Assembly: GCA_001776865.1 (NCBI GenBank)
Contig: MFDK01000036.1
Location: forward strand, 3,942-61,699
DNA from: Candidatus Daviesbacteria bacterium RIFCSPLOWO2_01_FULL_37_10
GTDB lineage: Bacteria; Patescibacteriota; Microgenomatia; Daviesbacterales; UBA10151
Length of the DNA stretch: 57,758 bases
Direction: 5' to 3'
Under the pieces are notes generated by a model that saw only the letters and a program-made list of their open reading frames with translations, was not told where the DNA came from and made no database searches. Shown one piece after another: positions 1 through 8,963 of this stretch (the first letter of the stretch is position 1; each line of letters opens with the position of its first letter). The position numbers and the translations under genes are program-made.

Positions 1-249
1 AAATAAATTTTCTGAGATTGTAATTAGTAAAAATCCTACTGGGGGATGATCAATATAATATCCACCATTCCACGTTAAGTTAATAAAATTACCTGACATT
101 AAACTATTTCTGGCAATATCCCCGTACCAAGCTTCATCAAAACTAACAAGTGACGACTGACCTAGTTTGTAAAAAAATAAAGGGGCTGTTAAGAAAATAA
201 TAAATATACAAAAAATGTCCAAAAATTTATGTTCTAGTATATTTTTCAC
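1..249 (-). CDS. GT-C (ArnT/PMT-like) membrane glycosyltransferase, N-terminal 83 codons only (runs off the window)
   Basis: Not in the ORF track. My translation of the minus strand from GTG at 249 gives VKNILEHKFLDIFCIFIIFLTAPLFFYKLGQSSLVSFDEAWYGDIARN...IDHPPVGF with no stop down to position 1. This is TM1 followed by the FDEAWY (DE) first-loop motif of ArnT/PMT enzymes. It starts 5 nt after the upstream GT2 stop. Confidence 0.55.
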   Translation of the reverse strand, partial: MKNILEHKFLDIFCIFIIFLTAPLFFYKLGQSSLVSFDEAWYGDIARNSLMSGNFINLTWNGGYYIDHPPVGFLLITISENLF

Positions 250-254
250 AAGTT

Positions 255-1001
255 TTAATTATATTTACCTAAAACATCATTCCATCTAATTCGCAGCATA
301 TCATAAATTGCTGCAGCCGAATCTTTAACAACCTGTACTCTTTCAGTATCAACATAATTCCACTCAACTTCAATTTCTTCAATATAGAATCCTAATTTTC
401 TTGCAAAATACAAAACTTCTACATCAAATCCTGCGTTTACCGCTCCACCTTTAAAATGAACTATCCCCCATTCATTTTTTATTTTAGGAAAAATTGCTTC
501 AATTGATTTTCTGTTAAATGCTTTAAAGCCGCATTGTGTATCTTGGAATGAAAGATCTAAAATAATGCTCCGTAAAAACGCAAAACCCCATGCTGCAAGT
601 TTTCTCATAATTGGAGCTCCACTCCTTCCGGATCTTGATCCTATTACAATATCCGCTCCTTCCTCAAATTTCGGGAGAAGTTTTTCAATTTCTGAAATAG
701 GAGTAGCCTGATCCATGTCTGTAAAAAGGGCAATTTCCCCCTTACTCGACAGTAACCCTGTCATAACAGCCGCAGCCTTGCCGCCGTGAGCATTTTTTAT
801 CAGTCTAAACTGCTTTTTCCCTTTTACTTGATCTTCTATTAAAGTTACCGTTTCATCAGTCGAACCATCATCAACTAAAATTACCTCAAATGGATAGTCT
901 ACTTTTTCAAAGTACTTTACTACTCTAATAAGTACTCCTTTTTTCAGGTTGTTTTCCTCGTTGTATGCCGGTATAACAATGGATAGTTTTAAACTGTTCA
1001 T
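255..1001 (-). CDS. Family 2 glycosyltransferase, Dpm1/GtrB-like polyprenyl-phosphate hexosyltransferase
   Basis: SIVIPAYNEE, VDDGSTDET and TDMDQ (DxD) motifs. Soluble, 248 aa. Overlaps the upstream gene by 4 nt. Confidence 0.85.
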   Translation of the reverse strand: MNSLKLSIVIPAYNEENNLKKGVLIRVVKYFEKVDYPFEVILVDDGSTDETVTLIEDQVKGKKQFRLIKNAHGGKAAAVMTGLLSSKGEIALFTDMDQATPISEIEKLLPKFEEGADIVIGSRSGRSGAPIMRKLAAWGFAFLRSIILDLSFQDTQCGFKAFNRKSIEAIFPKIKNEWGIVHFKGGAVNAGFDVEVLYFARKLGFYIEEIEVEWNYVDTERVQVVKDSAAAIYDMLRIRWNDVLGKYN

Positions 1002-3229
1002 GGCTTACCATTAGGGTTAGAAATTAATTTAAACACTTTCACTCCGGAAAATATTTGCTCTTTTTCTATTTTTGCCATTCCAAATCCTGCAATTTCGTAT
1101 TTCGGATGATTGATGGGTTCACAAACCGGATCTTCACAAACTACGAAAAGCTGATCTGTAATTTCAGCAGGAACAGTTTTCGGTTTATGACCTAACTGTC
1201 CTAAATAAAACTGGTAAGCAGCGTCGTAATTACTCTTAGCAATCAGCGCAAAATTAAAAGGTTTGTTTTCTGCTTCAGAAATTACAAACTTTGCTATTTC
1301 TTGCGTCCTTTTAACCTGATTGTTCGGAGGATTTTTAAGTGGAGAGTTTTGCAAATTTATATAGGTTAGAGTCAAAATAAGAAGTATAGCTGCAATTCTT
1401 ATTAACCACACCGGATCCGGATATGGTGAAAATATGCGTAATTTACTAACCAAACCGTTACTAACCACACCGGATGTGGAAATTAATGCTCCAATTAAAA
1501 GATACGGAACCGGATTTAAAAATCCTAAATAATGATCATAGATATTTTGTTTATATAAAGCCAGCCCCAATACGCCGACAGTCAACCAAATGCTCAGTGC
1601 TAAAATTGACCAAGTCAAAATAATACCCTTTGTTCTTCTCCAGAATGTTATTATAATTGGAATAATAACGAGCAGTGAAACTCCTATCGTCAACCAAAAA
1701 TTATCCTGAGTTATATACCTTCCTATTAAGTTATTAGAAAATATAGGGATAATTCTTTCCAATGTATTAAAAGGATTTAAATTTACTGTTGCCTGACGGT
1801 CTGAAAAGAAAGCAGTAATTGCCCTGTAGTTTAGAAAATTATGCTTAAGATCAAAAACAACGAGTGGAGACATAATTACAAAGAAAGAAAATATTCCACC
1901 TAAAGTTCCTGTAAAAAAATATTTACTCTCCAGTTTTTTTCTTAACTTCAGGCTTAAACTATAAAGCCAAAGTATTCCTGTAATAGGAATTAATATAAGA
2001 GCAAGATAGTGCATTTGAGATGCAGCCGCAATTGCCGCTCCGGTTAAAATTAACCATCTAAAATCTTTAGATTTTTGTGCAATAAACATTGACCATATTG
2101 AAATCAAAGCAAATAAAGGTGCCGGATTTGGATTCCATGAAGATCTTGAATAAATAATATTTACAGGAGAAATTGCATATAAAAAGGCGACTACCCATCC
2201 AGACCAGCTACCAAACCAGATCTTTCCAAGATAGTAAATAATAAGTACTGTCAAAACCCCGATAAATGCTACTTGATACGCAGCAGCAACCGGATTTAAC
2301 CAAAATATTGCCATAGGAACAGCCATCATATAATAATAAAGCGGACCTAAATAAATATTTCCGATTGATGTTGTAGGACCAATTAAAGGAAGATCATGTT
2401 CCACAAGAATTCTTCTGATCATGAGCGCATCCCTCCCCTCGTCTCCTAAAAAAGTCATATATTCAGGTAGTCTGTAATATCTTAAGAAAGTGGCAATAAA
2501 CAAAATGAAAACGACAGCAAAAAACTCAAGTTTACCTAAATATTTCCACCAAAGTTTAAGAAGATCAAAATATGATCTTACTATTACCGGAATACTTGCT
2601 CCTGTAGGCTTACCCGCAGTTCTTGAAAAATGATTGACACCAACCTGTGAAACCCTAAACCCGAATTTCTTTGCCTTAATAACAAGCTCAGCATTAATCA
2701 TCGCTCCCCTTTTTGATTCAAATTTAGGAATTTTTTCTAAAACCTCCCTTTTAACCATTTTGAAACCGCAATCAACGTCTTTTAGCTTCATACCGAAAAG
2801 CATAAGTAATGAGAGAGTCCAACCCTTTGCAAAAAGAATGCGATAGAAAGGATCTGCCCTCTTTATTCTGTAACCTATTATCAAATCCGCTGTTTCTAAC
2901 TTATAAATAAATTTTGTAACTTCTTCAAAATTAAATTGTCCGTCGCCATCCGTATAACAAATCACATCATATTTTGCATTATAAAAACCGGATTTTAAAG
3001 CTTCCCCGTAACCTAAATTTTTTGGATGATGTATAACTTTAATTTTAGGATTTGAATTTGAAAGCGAATCTGCAACTTCAGCAGTTTTATCTGTTGAACC
3101 ATCATTAACAATTGTAATCTCGTAATTTATACCTAACCTTTCTAAAACTGTTATTGCCTTATTTACAGTTCCAGTTACTGACCCTTCCTCATTAAAGCAT
3201 GGAAAGAAAACAGAAAGATTATCGATCAT
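998..3229 (-). CDS. Fusion protein: N-terminal GT2 (Dpm1/GtrB-like) plus C-terminal multi-TM GT-C-type glycosyltransferase
   Basis: The first ~230 aa carry FPCFNEE, VNDGSTDKT and TDGDGQ. The remaining ~510 aa are many hydrophobic helices with a first-loop GDEGRD...LIGPTTS motif shared with the genes at 24402, 25934 and 32651. Confidence 0.8.
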   Translation of the reverse strand: MIDNLSVFFPCFNEEGSVTGTVNKAITVLERLGINYEITIVNDGSTDKTAEVADSLSNSNPKIKVIHHPKNLGYGEALKSGFYNAKYDVICYTDGDGQFNFEEVTKFIYKLETADLIIGYRIKRADPFYRILFAKGWTLSLLMLFGMKLKDVDCGFKMVKREVLEKIPKFESKRGAMINAELVIKAKKFGFRVSQVGVNHFSRTAGKPTGASIPVIVRSYFDLLKLWWKYLGKLEFFAVVFILFIATFLRYYRLPEYMTFLGDEGRDALMIRRILVEHDLPLIGPTTSIGNIYLGPLYYYMMAVPMAIFWLNPVAAAYQVAFIGVLTVLIIYYLGKIWFGSWSGWVVAFLYAISPVNIIYSRSSWNPNPAPLFALISIWSMFIAQKSKDFRWLILTGAAIAAASQMHYLALILIPITGILWLYSLSLKLRKKLESKYFFTGTLGGIFSFFVIMSPLVVFDLKHNFLNYRAITAFFSDRQATVNLNPFNTLERIIPIFSNNLIGRYITQDNFWLTIGVSLLVIIPIIITFWRRTKGIILTWSILALSIWLTVGVLGLALYKQNIYDHYLGFLNPVPYLLIGALISTSGVVSNGLVSKLRIFSPYPDPVWLIRIAAILLILTLTYINLQNSPLKNPPNNQVKRTQEIAKFVISEAENKPFNFALIAKSNYDAAYQFYLGQLGHKPKTVPAEITDQLFVVCEDPVCEPINHPKYEIAGFGMAKIEKEQIFSGVKVFKLISNPNGKP

Positions 3230-3315
3230 TTTTAAAGTGTAGCATAGGCTTATTTTTTCTGCTATGCTTTAATATATAAAGTAGTAGCGAAGTCACATGA
3301 CGAGCTAATTCGTAT

Positions 3316-4485
3316 ATGGATAAAACAGTAAAACATCTGCTTATTATTACATCATTTGTAATAATTTCTACATTCCTTATCTGGCTCCCGCATTTTTTGT
3401 CCCTTCCTAACTTTTGGGGTTTAAATTTTTCAAACGGGTTCAATACAATCTTCAGGAATTTTGACGGACTGGAATATATAATAATTGCAAAAACTTTTTA
3501 CGACCCGGTTCAGATTGCCAATATTCCGCAACTACTCCCTCATACATATTATGCTTCTCATTTCCCGGGTTTTCCAATTTTAATTGCACTTTTTGCCCCA
3601 TTTTTAGGGTTCCTGAAATCCATGCTTTTTGTTTCTCTTCTGTTTACGATTGCATCTGCCATAGCTTTCTACTACTTAGTAAGAAATTTTAAATTAACAA
3701 ATAATCCACTATTTTTAACCATGATATTCTTACTTCTTCCAGCAAGATGGATTATCGTACGCTCAGTTAGTTCCCCTGAACCAGTTTTTATATTCTTTGT
3801 AATTTTGTCTTTGTATTTTTTCTTAAAAGTTACGCACCATGAACTAAGTTCCCACATTAAAAGTGGGAATTCGGATATATGGATGGCTGCTATATTTGCT
3901 TCTGTTGCACAACTTACCAGGCCACCTGGTGCGCTACTTGGTCTTGCTCTTGGACTCTATGTTCTTTGGCAAGGATACCAAAAAAAATCTTTTAAATATA
4001 TCCTATCTTTCTATCCTTTTATCTTAATACCTATTACACTTTTCTCTACTTTTTATTTATATGGAATAAAATACGGAGATTTTTTTGCATATTTTCATAG
4101 CGGAGATAATATTCATCTAACTTTCCCCCCTTTTCAGATTTTTAATTTAAATCAGTTTTGGGTAGGAACTATCTGGCTTGAAGATATAATCTACATATAT
4201 ATACTGGGACTTTTAGGTGGGTTTTTACTAATAAAGCAGAAGCTTTATCCATTAGCTTTTTTTGTTCTAACATTTCTAACAGCATCATTTTTTGTGGCTC
4301 ACAGGGATATCAGCCGTTATACACTTCCAATTGCCCCATTTGTAATCATTGCCTTCCAGCATATTCTAATATCCAAAGAATTTAAAATAATTTTAGCAAT
4401 TCTTGCGCTGGCACTTTATTTATATTCTCAAAACTACATCCTCCAAAACACCGCCCCGGTTCCTGATTTAAGTTACTATGATTAA
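3316..4485 (+). CDS. Polytopic membrane protein, GT-C-like (PIG-V/DUF2029-type mannosyltransferase-like)
   Basis: 389 aa with about 10 hydrophobic segments. An early loop NFDGLEYIIIAKTFY resembles the WDxxWYxxIA motif of PIG-V-like GT-C enzymes. Divergent from the GT2 operon. Confidence 0.5.
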   Translation: MDKTVKHLLIITSFVIISTFLIWLPHFLSLPNFWGLNFSNGFNTIFRNFDGLEYIIIAKTFYDPVQIANIPQLLPHTYYASHFPGFPILIALFAPFLGFLKSMLFVSLLFTIASAIAFYYLVRNFKLTNNPLFLTMIFLLLPARWIIVRSVSSPEPVFIFFVILSLYFFLKVTHHELSSHIKSGNSDIWMAAIFASVAQLTRPPGALLGLALGLYVLWQGYQKKSFKYILSFYPFILIPITLFSTFYLYGIKYGDFFAYFHSGDNIHLTFPPFQIFNLNQFWVGTIWLEDIIYIYILGLLGGFLLIKQKLYPLAFFVLTFLTASFFVAHRDISRYTLPIAPFVIIAFQHILISKEFKIILAILALALYLYSQNYILQNTAPVPDLSYYD

Positions 4486-4502
4486 CGCTCTTGGGGCTCT
4501 TA

Positions 4503-4642
4503 GGGACGGTCCTAGAATTTCCTGTTACAACAATCCATACAAAGCACTCTTTTATAGCTTGATTATCCAGATAATTAAATTCAGCCTACTATAAACTATG
4601 CTTAATCTAGACTGTCCCATCAATCTTTCTGAGGACCGTCCC
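4503..4642. repeat. GC-rich inverted repeat GGGACGGTCCT ... AGGACCGTCCC enclosing ~118 nt
   Basis: Perfect 11 bp arms (4503-4513 and 4632-4642), extended by agaa/ttct with one bulge. A third half-site gactgtccc lies at 4611-4619. Sits in a convergent intergenic region. Confidence 0.6.
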
Positions 4643-4667
4643 CATTTTGCCATTGCCATTTTGTGCT

Positions 4668-5060
4668 TTACCTTACCCATTCTTTTATGTAAGGTGAGAA
4701 GTCCAGTTGATAATCTGGAATGCCTAAAGATAATCCGTGCTCCACTACAGCTTTATATTCTTCTGGATTACTTCTATGTATTTTAAATACTTTATTTTTA
4801 AAAATTATGAAGTGATATTTATCATTTTTATAATCTGCATACCAATCTGGGTATGCATTATCAAATGACCTGCTTATCTTTTCAGCTAATTCATCAGCTT
4901 TATCTTCAGGAACTTCGACAGTATGTAGAGTCCATTGTTTAAGCCAAGGGGTTTTATGGTTTGATGTAACTTGTTCAACCTTTGTATCTAAGATTTTGAT
5001 CTCTTCTAAAATAGAGATCTCGCCTAAACTCTCTTCGATAATGACCCCCTTATAACCCAT
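4668..5060 (-). CDS. Hypothetical protein (130 aa)
   Basis: Uninterrupted ORF overlapping the upstream GT2-GtrA gene by 11 nt. No motif recognised. Confidence 0.5.
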   Translation of the reverse strand: MGYKGVIIEESLGEISILEEIKILDTKVEQVTSNHKTPWLKQWTLHTVEVPEDKADELAEKISRSFDNAYPDWYADYKNDKYHFIIFKNKVFKIHRSNPEEYKAVVEHGLSLGIPDYQLDFSPYIKEWVR

Positions 5061-6255
5061 TATTTACCTCCTCCTTTTTCCAGGTGAAATAGTGATTCAT
5101 TAGAAAATTCCAGACCATTGTCGGAGGAATACTGACGAAAAAGTAAATATTATAATACTGAATATCAAAAAAGCCAAGATTTAAAACTCCGTCTCCGTAA
5201 ACTAAATGTAAAAATTTAATAATTAAAACCCCTATTGCTAATCCCCCAAATGATACAATGTTAAAAATTAGAAGTTTTATCCAAACACTCTTATTTGTTT
5301 TCCTTTTTCTAAAAGTCCAGAAATTATTAAAAGAAAAGTTATTTAAAATTGCAATCTCTGTTGAGAACGCTTTTGAAGTTGCAGGTTTTATTCCGAGCTG
5401 TCCGATAAAAAAATTATAAAAGAAAAAATCAATAATCGTCCCTACAAATCCTACAGTTCCAAATTTAATAAAAGTTTTTGATCTCCTTGCCCAATATAAA
5501 ATAGGCAGTTTAACCCCCCAATTTGAAAACCTTACTTCAAATCCATATCCTAAAATATCAATTATATAATTCGCTATTTCATTTTTAGACTTATCCGCGT
5601 CCCGTTTTCTAAAAACAATCGGAACCTCAGTCATTTTTGCGTTAGCTTTTTTCGCTTCAACTACCGCAGCAGGTTGAATTAAAAAAGTTGTCCCATGCCA
5701 AGGAATTGAATCCCAATCCATTCTTTCATATAGATCTCTAGTGTATGCCTTAAAGGAAGGCGTAAAATCACTAATCTCCCAGATCCCTGTTAATATCCTC
5801 ATAACGTAGGACGATCCAAAGCTAAAAAGCTGCCTGATTGGCGAAATATTATTTTCTCCACCTCTAACATATCTTGAACCCTGAACATATTCATATCCTT
5901 CGTTTAGTTTCAATAGAAACTTGGGGATATCATTAGGGTCATGCTGCAAATCTGCATCAATTTGCATAAGAATATCCGCATCTAGATGAGATGCAGCATA
6001 TTTATAGCCTTCTATAATGGCAAGACCGAGTCCTCTTTCTTTAACATCCAGAAAGTGAACTTTTGGATTTATCTGTGCAATTTTTTTAGCAACTTCTCCT
6101 GTACCATCCGGTGAACTTGAATCTGTAACTAAAACATGGATCTCAAATCCGGGGACTTTTCCATTTTGCGAAAGTATAAGTGGAATTGTTTTTCCAATAC
6201 TTCCTTTTTCATTATACGTCGGCGCAACAACAACAACTCGTTTAAGGTTATTCAC
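5050..6255 (-). CDS. Polyprenyl-phosphate mannosyl/glucosyl-transferase (GT2) fused to a GtrA-like membrane domain
   Basis: VVAPTYNEKG, DSSSPDGT and QIDADLQHD motifs. The C-terminal 4-TM segment FIKFGTVGFVGTIIDFFFYNFF...NNFSFNNFWTFRK is typical of GtrA. Confidence 0.85.
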   Translation of the reverse strand: MNNLKRVVVVAPTYNEKGSIGKTIPLILSQNGKVPGFEIHVLVTDSSSPDGTGEVAKKIAQINPKVHFLDVKERGLGLAIIEGYKYAASHLDADILMQIDADLQHDPNDIPKFLLKLNEGYEYVQGSRYVRGGENNISPIRQLFSFGSSYVMRILTGIWEISDFTPSFKAYTRDLYERMDWDSIPWHGTTFLIQPAAVVEAKKANAKMTEVPIVFRKRDADKSKNEIANYIIDILGYGFEVRFSNWGVKLPILYWARRSKTFIKFGTVGFVGTIIDFFFYNFFIGQLGIKPATSKAFSTEIAILNNFSFNNFWTFRKRKTNKSVWIKLLIFNIVSFGGLAIGVLIIKFLHLVYGDGVLNLGFFDIQYYNIYFFVSIPPTMVWNFLMNHYFTWKKEEVNNGL

Positions 6256-6296
6256 TATGAATTGATTTTATCTGAAAAAGAGGAGCTTTACAATTC

Positions 6297-7310
6297 CTAT
6301 GTGAATTTTGCAAGATCCGAGTGTACCATTATTTTTACCAAGTCAGGAAATTTAGTTTTTGGTTCCCAGCCTAAGATTTTTTTTGCTTTTGCAAAATCTC
6401 CCAGCAATGGTCCTGTTTGAACTGGAGGAACAAATTTATCATCAACAACTACATATTCTTTCCAGTTTAATCCAACAGTTTCAAATGCCTCTTTTGCAAA
6501 CTCTTCAACTGTGTGCATCTCCCCTGTTGCTATAACAAAATCATCAGGGCTGTCTTTCTGTAATATCATCCACATTGCCTCTACATAATCCGGTGCATAT
6601 CCCCAATCTCTTTTTGCATCTAAATCCCCAAGAGTAAGTTTTCCATCTTTTACAATCGGCTCTCCTGATTCGTTTAAAGGAATACCCTCTTTTTTATTAT
6701 TTTTAAGTACTGCAACTGCCGCAGAGATTTTCCTTGTTACAAAGTTAAGCCCGCGTCTGGGGCTCTCATGATTAAATAAAATCCCGCAGGAAATAAACAT
6801 TGGTTTATTTTTATCGTTCCTGTAAATTATTGCCATTCTGTGTGCCAGCTCTTTTGCAGCGGAATAAGGGTTTGCAGGAGAAAAAGGCGTTTCCTCATTT
6901 TGAGGAATTTGAGAGGGCTTTCCAAACATCTCAGATGTCGATGCCTGATAAATCTTTGCTTTTGGGACAATTTGTTTTACTCTTTCAAATACCTGCACAG
7001 CACCAATCCCTGTAATCATCATTGTTCCGAATACATCTTTAAAAGAGGCTAGAGGAGAAGATTGCGATGCTAAATTATAGATTTCATCAGGCTTAAAATC
7101 TAAAAGAGCCATTGCTATAGATTCAGGGGAAACTAAATCACCATGATAAATTTTTATCTCAGAGATTAGGTGTTCAATATTTCCGGTCTCGTTAGCTGCA
7201 TTTCTCCGAATTAACCCTGCAACTTCATATCCTTTTTTCAAAAGAAATTCTGTTAAATATGACCCGTCCTGACCTGAAATGCCTGTTATAAATGCTCTCT
7301 TGTTAGACAT
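6297..7310 (-). CDS. gmd: GDP-mannose 4,6-dehydratase
   Basis: AFITGISGQDGSYLTEFLLKKGYEV, SQSS/STSEMFG, YSAAKELAH (YxxxK) and NHESPRRG are all characteristic of Gmd. Confidence 0.92.
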   Translation of the reverse strand: MSNKRAFITGISGQDGSYLTEFLLKKGYEVAGLIRRNAANETGNIEHLISEIKIYHGDLVSPESIAMALLDFKPDEIYNLASQSSPLASFKDVFGTMMITGIGAVQVFERVKQIVPKAKIYQASTSEMFGKPSQIPQNEETPFSPANPYSAAKELAHRMAIIYRNDKNKPMFISCGILFNHESPRRGLNFVTRKISAAVAVLKNNKKEGIPLNESGEPIVKDGKLTLGDLDAKRDWGYAPDYVEAMWMILQKDSPDDFVIATGEMHTVEEFAKEAFETVGLNWKEYVVVDDKFVPPVQTGPLLGDFAKAKKILGWEPKTKFPDLVKIMVHSDLAKFT

Positions 7311-7346
7311 AAATTTTAGTCCTTTTATTTATTTTATCACATTTTC

Positions 7347-7922
7347 TTATCTTCTCATCTGCAACAAAAGATCTCTTGCATCTAGGGCTTGCCGTTGTAT
7401 TAATTCTCTCCACCACTCAATTAATTTTGGATCCTTTTTTTCTTCTGTCCATCCCATTATTTTATCAACCTCCTCTGCAAGTCTTTTTGAAGATTCCACA
7501 CTTCGGATCACATAATCTGAAATATTATCAAAACCATAAACTACTTTATAAAATAAAGTGCAATATAATACGGGCTCTAGAGAAAGGGATACTGGTGTGG
7601 CCAAAAATGGCTGGCTGTTTTCTTCCAAAAGGTTAATAACTCTATCTGTTTCTGGACTATTACTTAAATGAAGCTTATCAGAATCCATAACACAAAGGAG
7701 TCCCTCAAATTGACCAATTGTACCATTACCTGTTTTTAACCAATCTCGAACGCGTGGAGTAATTTCGGGAAACGGACTAAGATCAACTTCATCTGTGATT
7801 TTAAAGTGTTCACCTGGTTCAAGATCTGCTGGTATTTGAATAGTCCAACCGCCCTGATGCTCAAGGGATGGCTTTAAATATCCTACTTTTTTCTCAAAAT
7901 TTTCGCCTTCTGTATTTGCCAT
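7347..7922 (-). CDS. Hypothetical protein (191 aa) inside the nucleotide-sugar operon
   Basis: ORF co-directional with and tightly spaced between the rmlD-like gene and gmd. No recognisable motif. Confidence 0.5.
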   Translation of the reverse strand: MANTEGENFEKKVGYLKPSLEHQGGWTIQIPADLEPGEHFKITDEVDLSPFPEITPRVRDWLKTGNGTIGQFEGLLCVMDSDKLHLSNSPETDRVINLLEENSQPFLATPVSLSLEPVLYCTLFYKVVYGFDNISDYVIRSVESSKRLAEEVDKIMGWTEEKKDPKLIEWWRELIQRQALDARDLLLQMRR

Positions 7923-7955
7923 CGAGCTTAGAATAACATTTCTTCAATCATTTAA

Positions 7956-8963
7956 TCAACCTTTTTTTTCAAAAGCCTTTCTAATCCCCTCTTTCCAGCT
8001 TGTTGGGGTAAACCCTAACATTTTTATTTTATCAGATTTCTCCCCGCCTTGTACAGGTCTTTTGGCAATTTCAGGATGAGACTGTTGAAATTCGACTATA
8101 CTCCCCTTTTTGATTAATTCTTCAGGATTATCCACATTTCTTGCGACTCTTAAAAGCTCCAGGCAAAAATCATAAGGTGTTACTATTTCCGGTGAGCTTA
8201 AATGAAAAACCCCTGCTTCTCCCTTTCCTAAAAGTAAACCGACAGATCTTGGTATATCATCTATAAATGTTGGTGTCAAGAATTGATCGGCAAACATTGG
8301 ATAGATTGAATCTCTTATACCTGATTTATACTCATCATAAACTTTTAAAAAGTTTCTTGCAAAATCCAACTTTCCGATATACTCACTTCTGTAAGGGTAG
8401 GATATTCTAATTGTTAAATTTTCAACTCCCGATTTTTTTACTTCATTTTCAGCCAGAATTTTTGTCCATGCATACCAGCTTACATCATCTGGTAAAGATG
8501 CTACCTGATCTTCCTCAGAATATGGTCCGTCTTTTCCATCAAAAACAAATCCAGTTGAGATAAAGATTGGAAATTTATCATATTTTTTACAAGCATCTGC
8601 CAAAAACTTTGTCCCTAAAACATTAACTTTATATGCAATATTTTCGTCCAGTTGCTTTTTATCAGTCGAATCAGCAGGTCTTGTTTTTTCTATTTCATCT
8701 ACCAGGGTAGCTCCTGCAAAATTCATAACATAAGTTCCGGGAAAACTTGATACTGCAGCTTCTACATTCTTCTGATTGGTTATATCCAAACTCTGAAAAC
8801 TTACCAGCCCGGTTAGATTTTCATCCATACCGCCACCAGCACCATACATTTCAAATTTATCTTTTCCAAGTTCCACAAAACGCGAGCCAGTCAAAGATCC
8901 AGGTCCAATTATAAGTATTTCCTTCATATTGTTTTCTGTTACGAGCGAAGCAACCTTACTCAT
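7956..8963 (-). CDS. rmlD: RmlD-family NAD(P)-dependent sugar-nucleotide reductase (probable dTDP-4-dehydrorhamnose reductase)
   Basis: ILIIGPGSLTGSRF Rossmann motif, STGFVFDGKDGPYSEED and WYAWTK (YxxxK) match the RmlD substrate-binding family. 4 nt overlap with rmlC. Confidence 0.65.
   Translation of the reverse strand: MSKVASLVTENNMKEILIIGPGSLTGSRFVELGKDKFEMYGAGGGMDENLTGLVSFQSLDITNQKNVEAAVSSFPGTYVMNFAGATLVDEIEKTRPADSTDKKQLDENIAYKVNVLGTKFLADACKKYDKFPIFISTGFVFDGKDGPYSEEDQVASLPDDVSWYAWTKILAENEVKKSGVENLTIRISYPYRSEYIGKLDFARNFLKVYDEYKSGIRDSIYPMFADQFLTPTFIDDIPRSVGLLLGKGEAGVFHLSSPEIVTPYDFCLELLRVARNVDNPEELIKKGSIVEFQQSHPEIAKRPVQGGEKSDKIKMLGFTPTSWKEGIRKAFEKKG

Noticed and set aside
2634-2846. Short opposite-strand ORFs nested inside long, motif-supported genes. 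Examples: 2634-2846, 3672-3857, 6136-6420, 6800-7052, 7279-7636, 12150-12527, 14340-14549, 26080-26328, 28942-29398, 30016-30339, 34246-34567, 36692-37072, 38081-38470, 39718-40032, 43111-44907 series, 45651-46083, 46384-46725, 49573-50015, 51653-51856, 52549-52854, 54657-54851, 56310-57348 series
   Set aside because: They are shadow ORFs on the strand opposite to genes with clear family motifs (GT2, Gmd, SecA, LysS, GreA, HppA, Lon, NrdJ and others). Their translations are low-complexity or odd in composition, and no independent signal supports them.
3219-3443. 74 aa minus-strand ORF spanning the divergent region between the GT2-GT-C fusion and the 3316 gene
   Set aside because: It overlaps both the start of the fusion gene and the first 128 nt of the well-formed plus-strand membrane protein gene. 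No motif is present, so it is most likely spurious.
4486-4667. Hidden tRNA or known small RNA (SRP, 6S) in the 180 nt gap
   Set aside because: There is no GTTCRANNC T-loop, no cloverleaf and no conserved SRP or 6S motif that I can recognise. It is retained only as an unexplained inverted repeat.
4598-4786. 62 aa plus-strand ORF in or near the convergent intergenic region
   Set aside because: It overlaps the 3' end of the 4668-5060 gene on the opposite strand and runs through the inverted-repeat element, with no coding signal.
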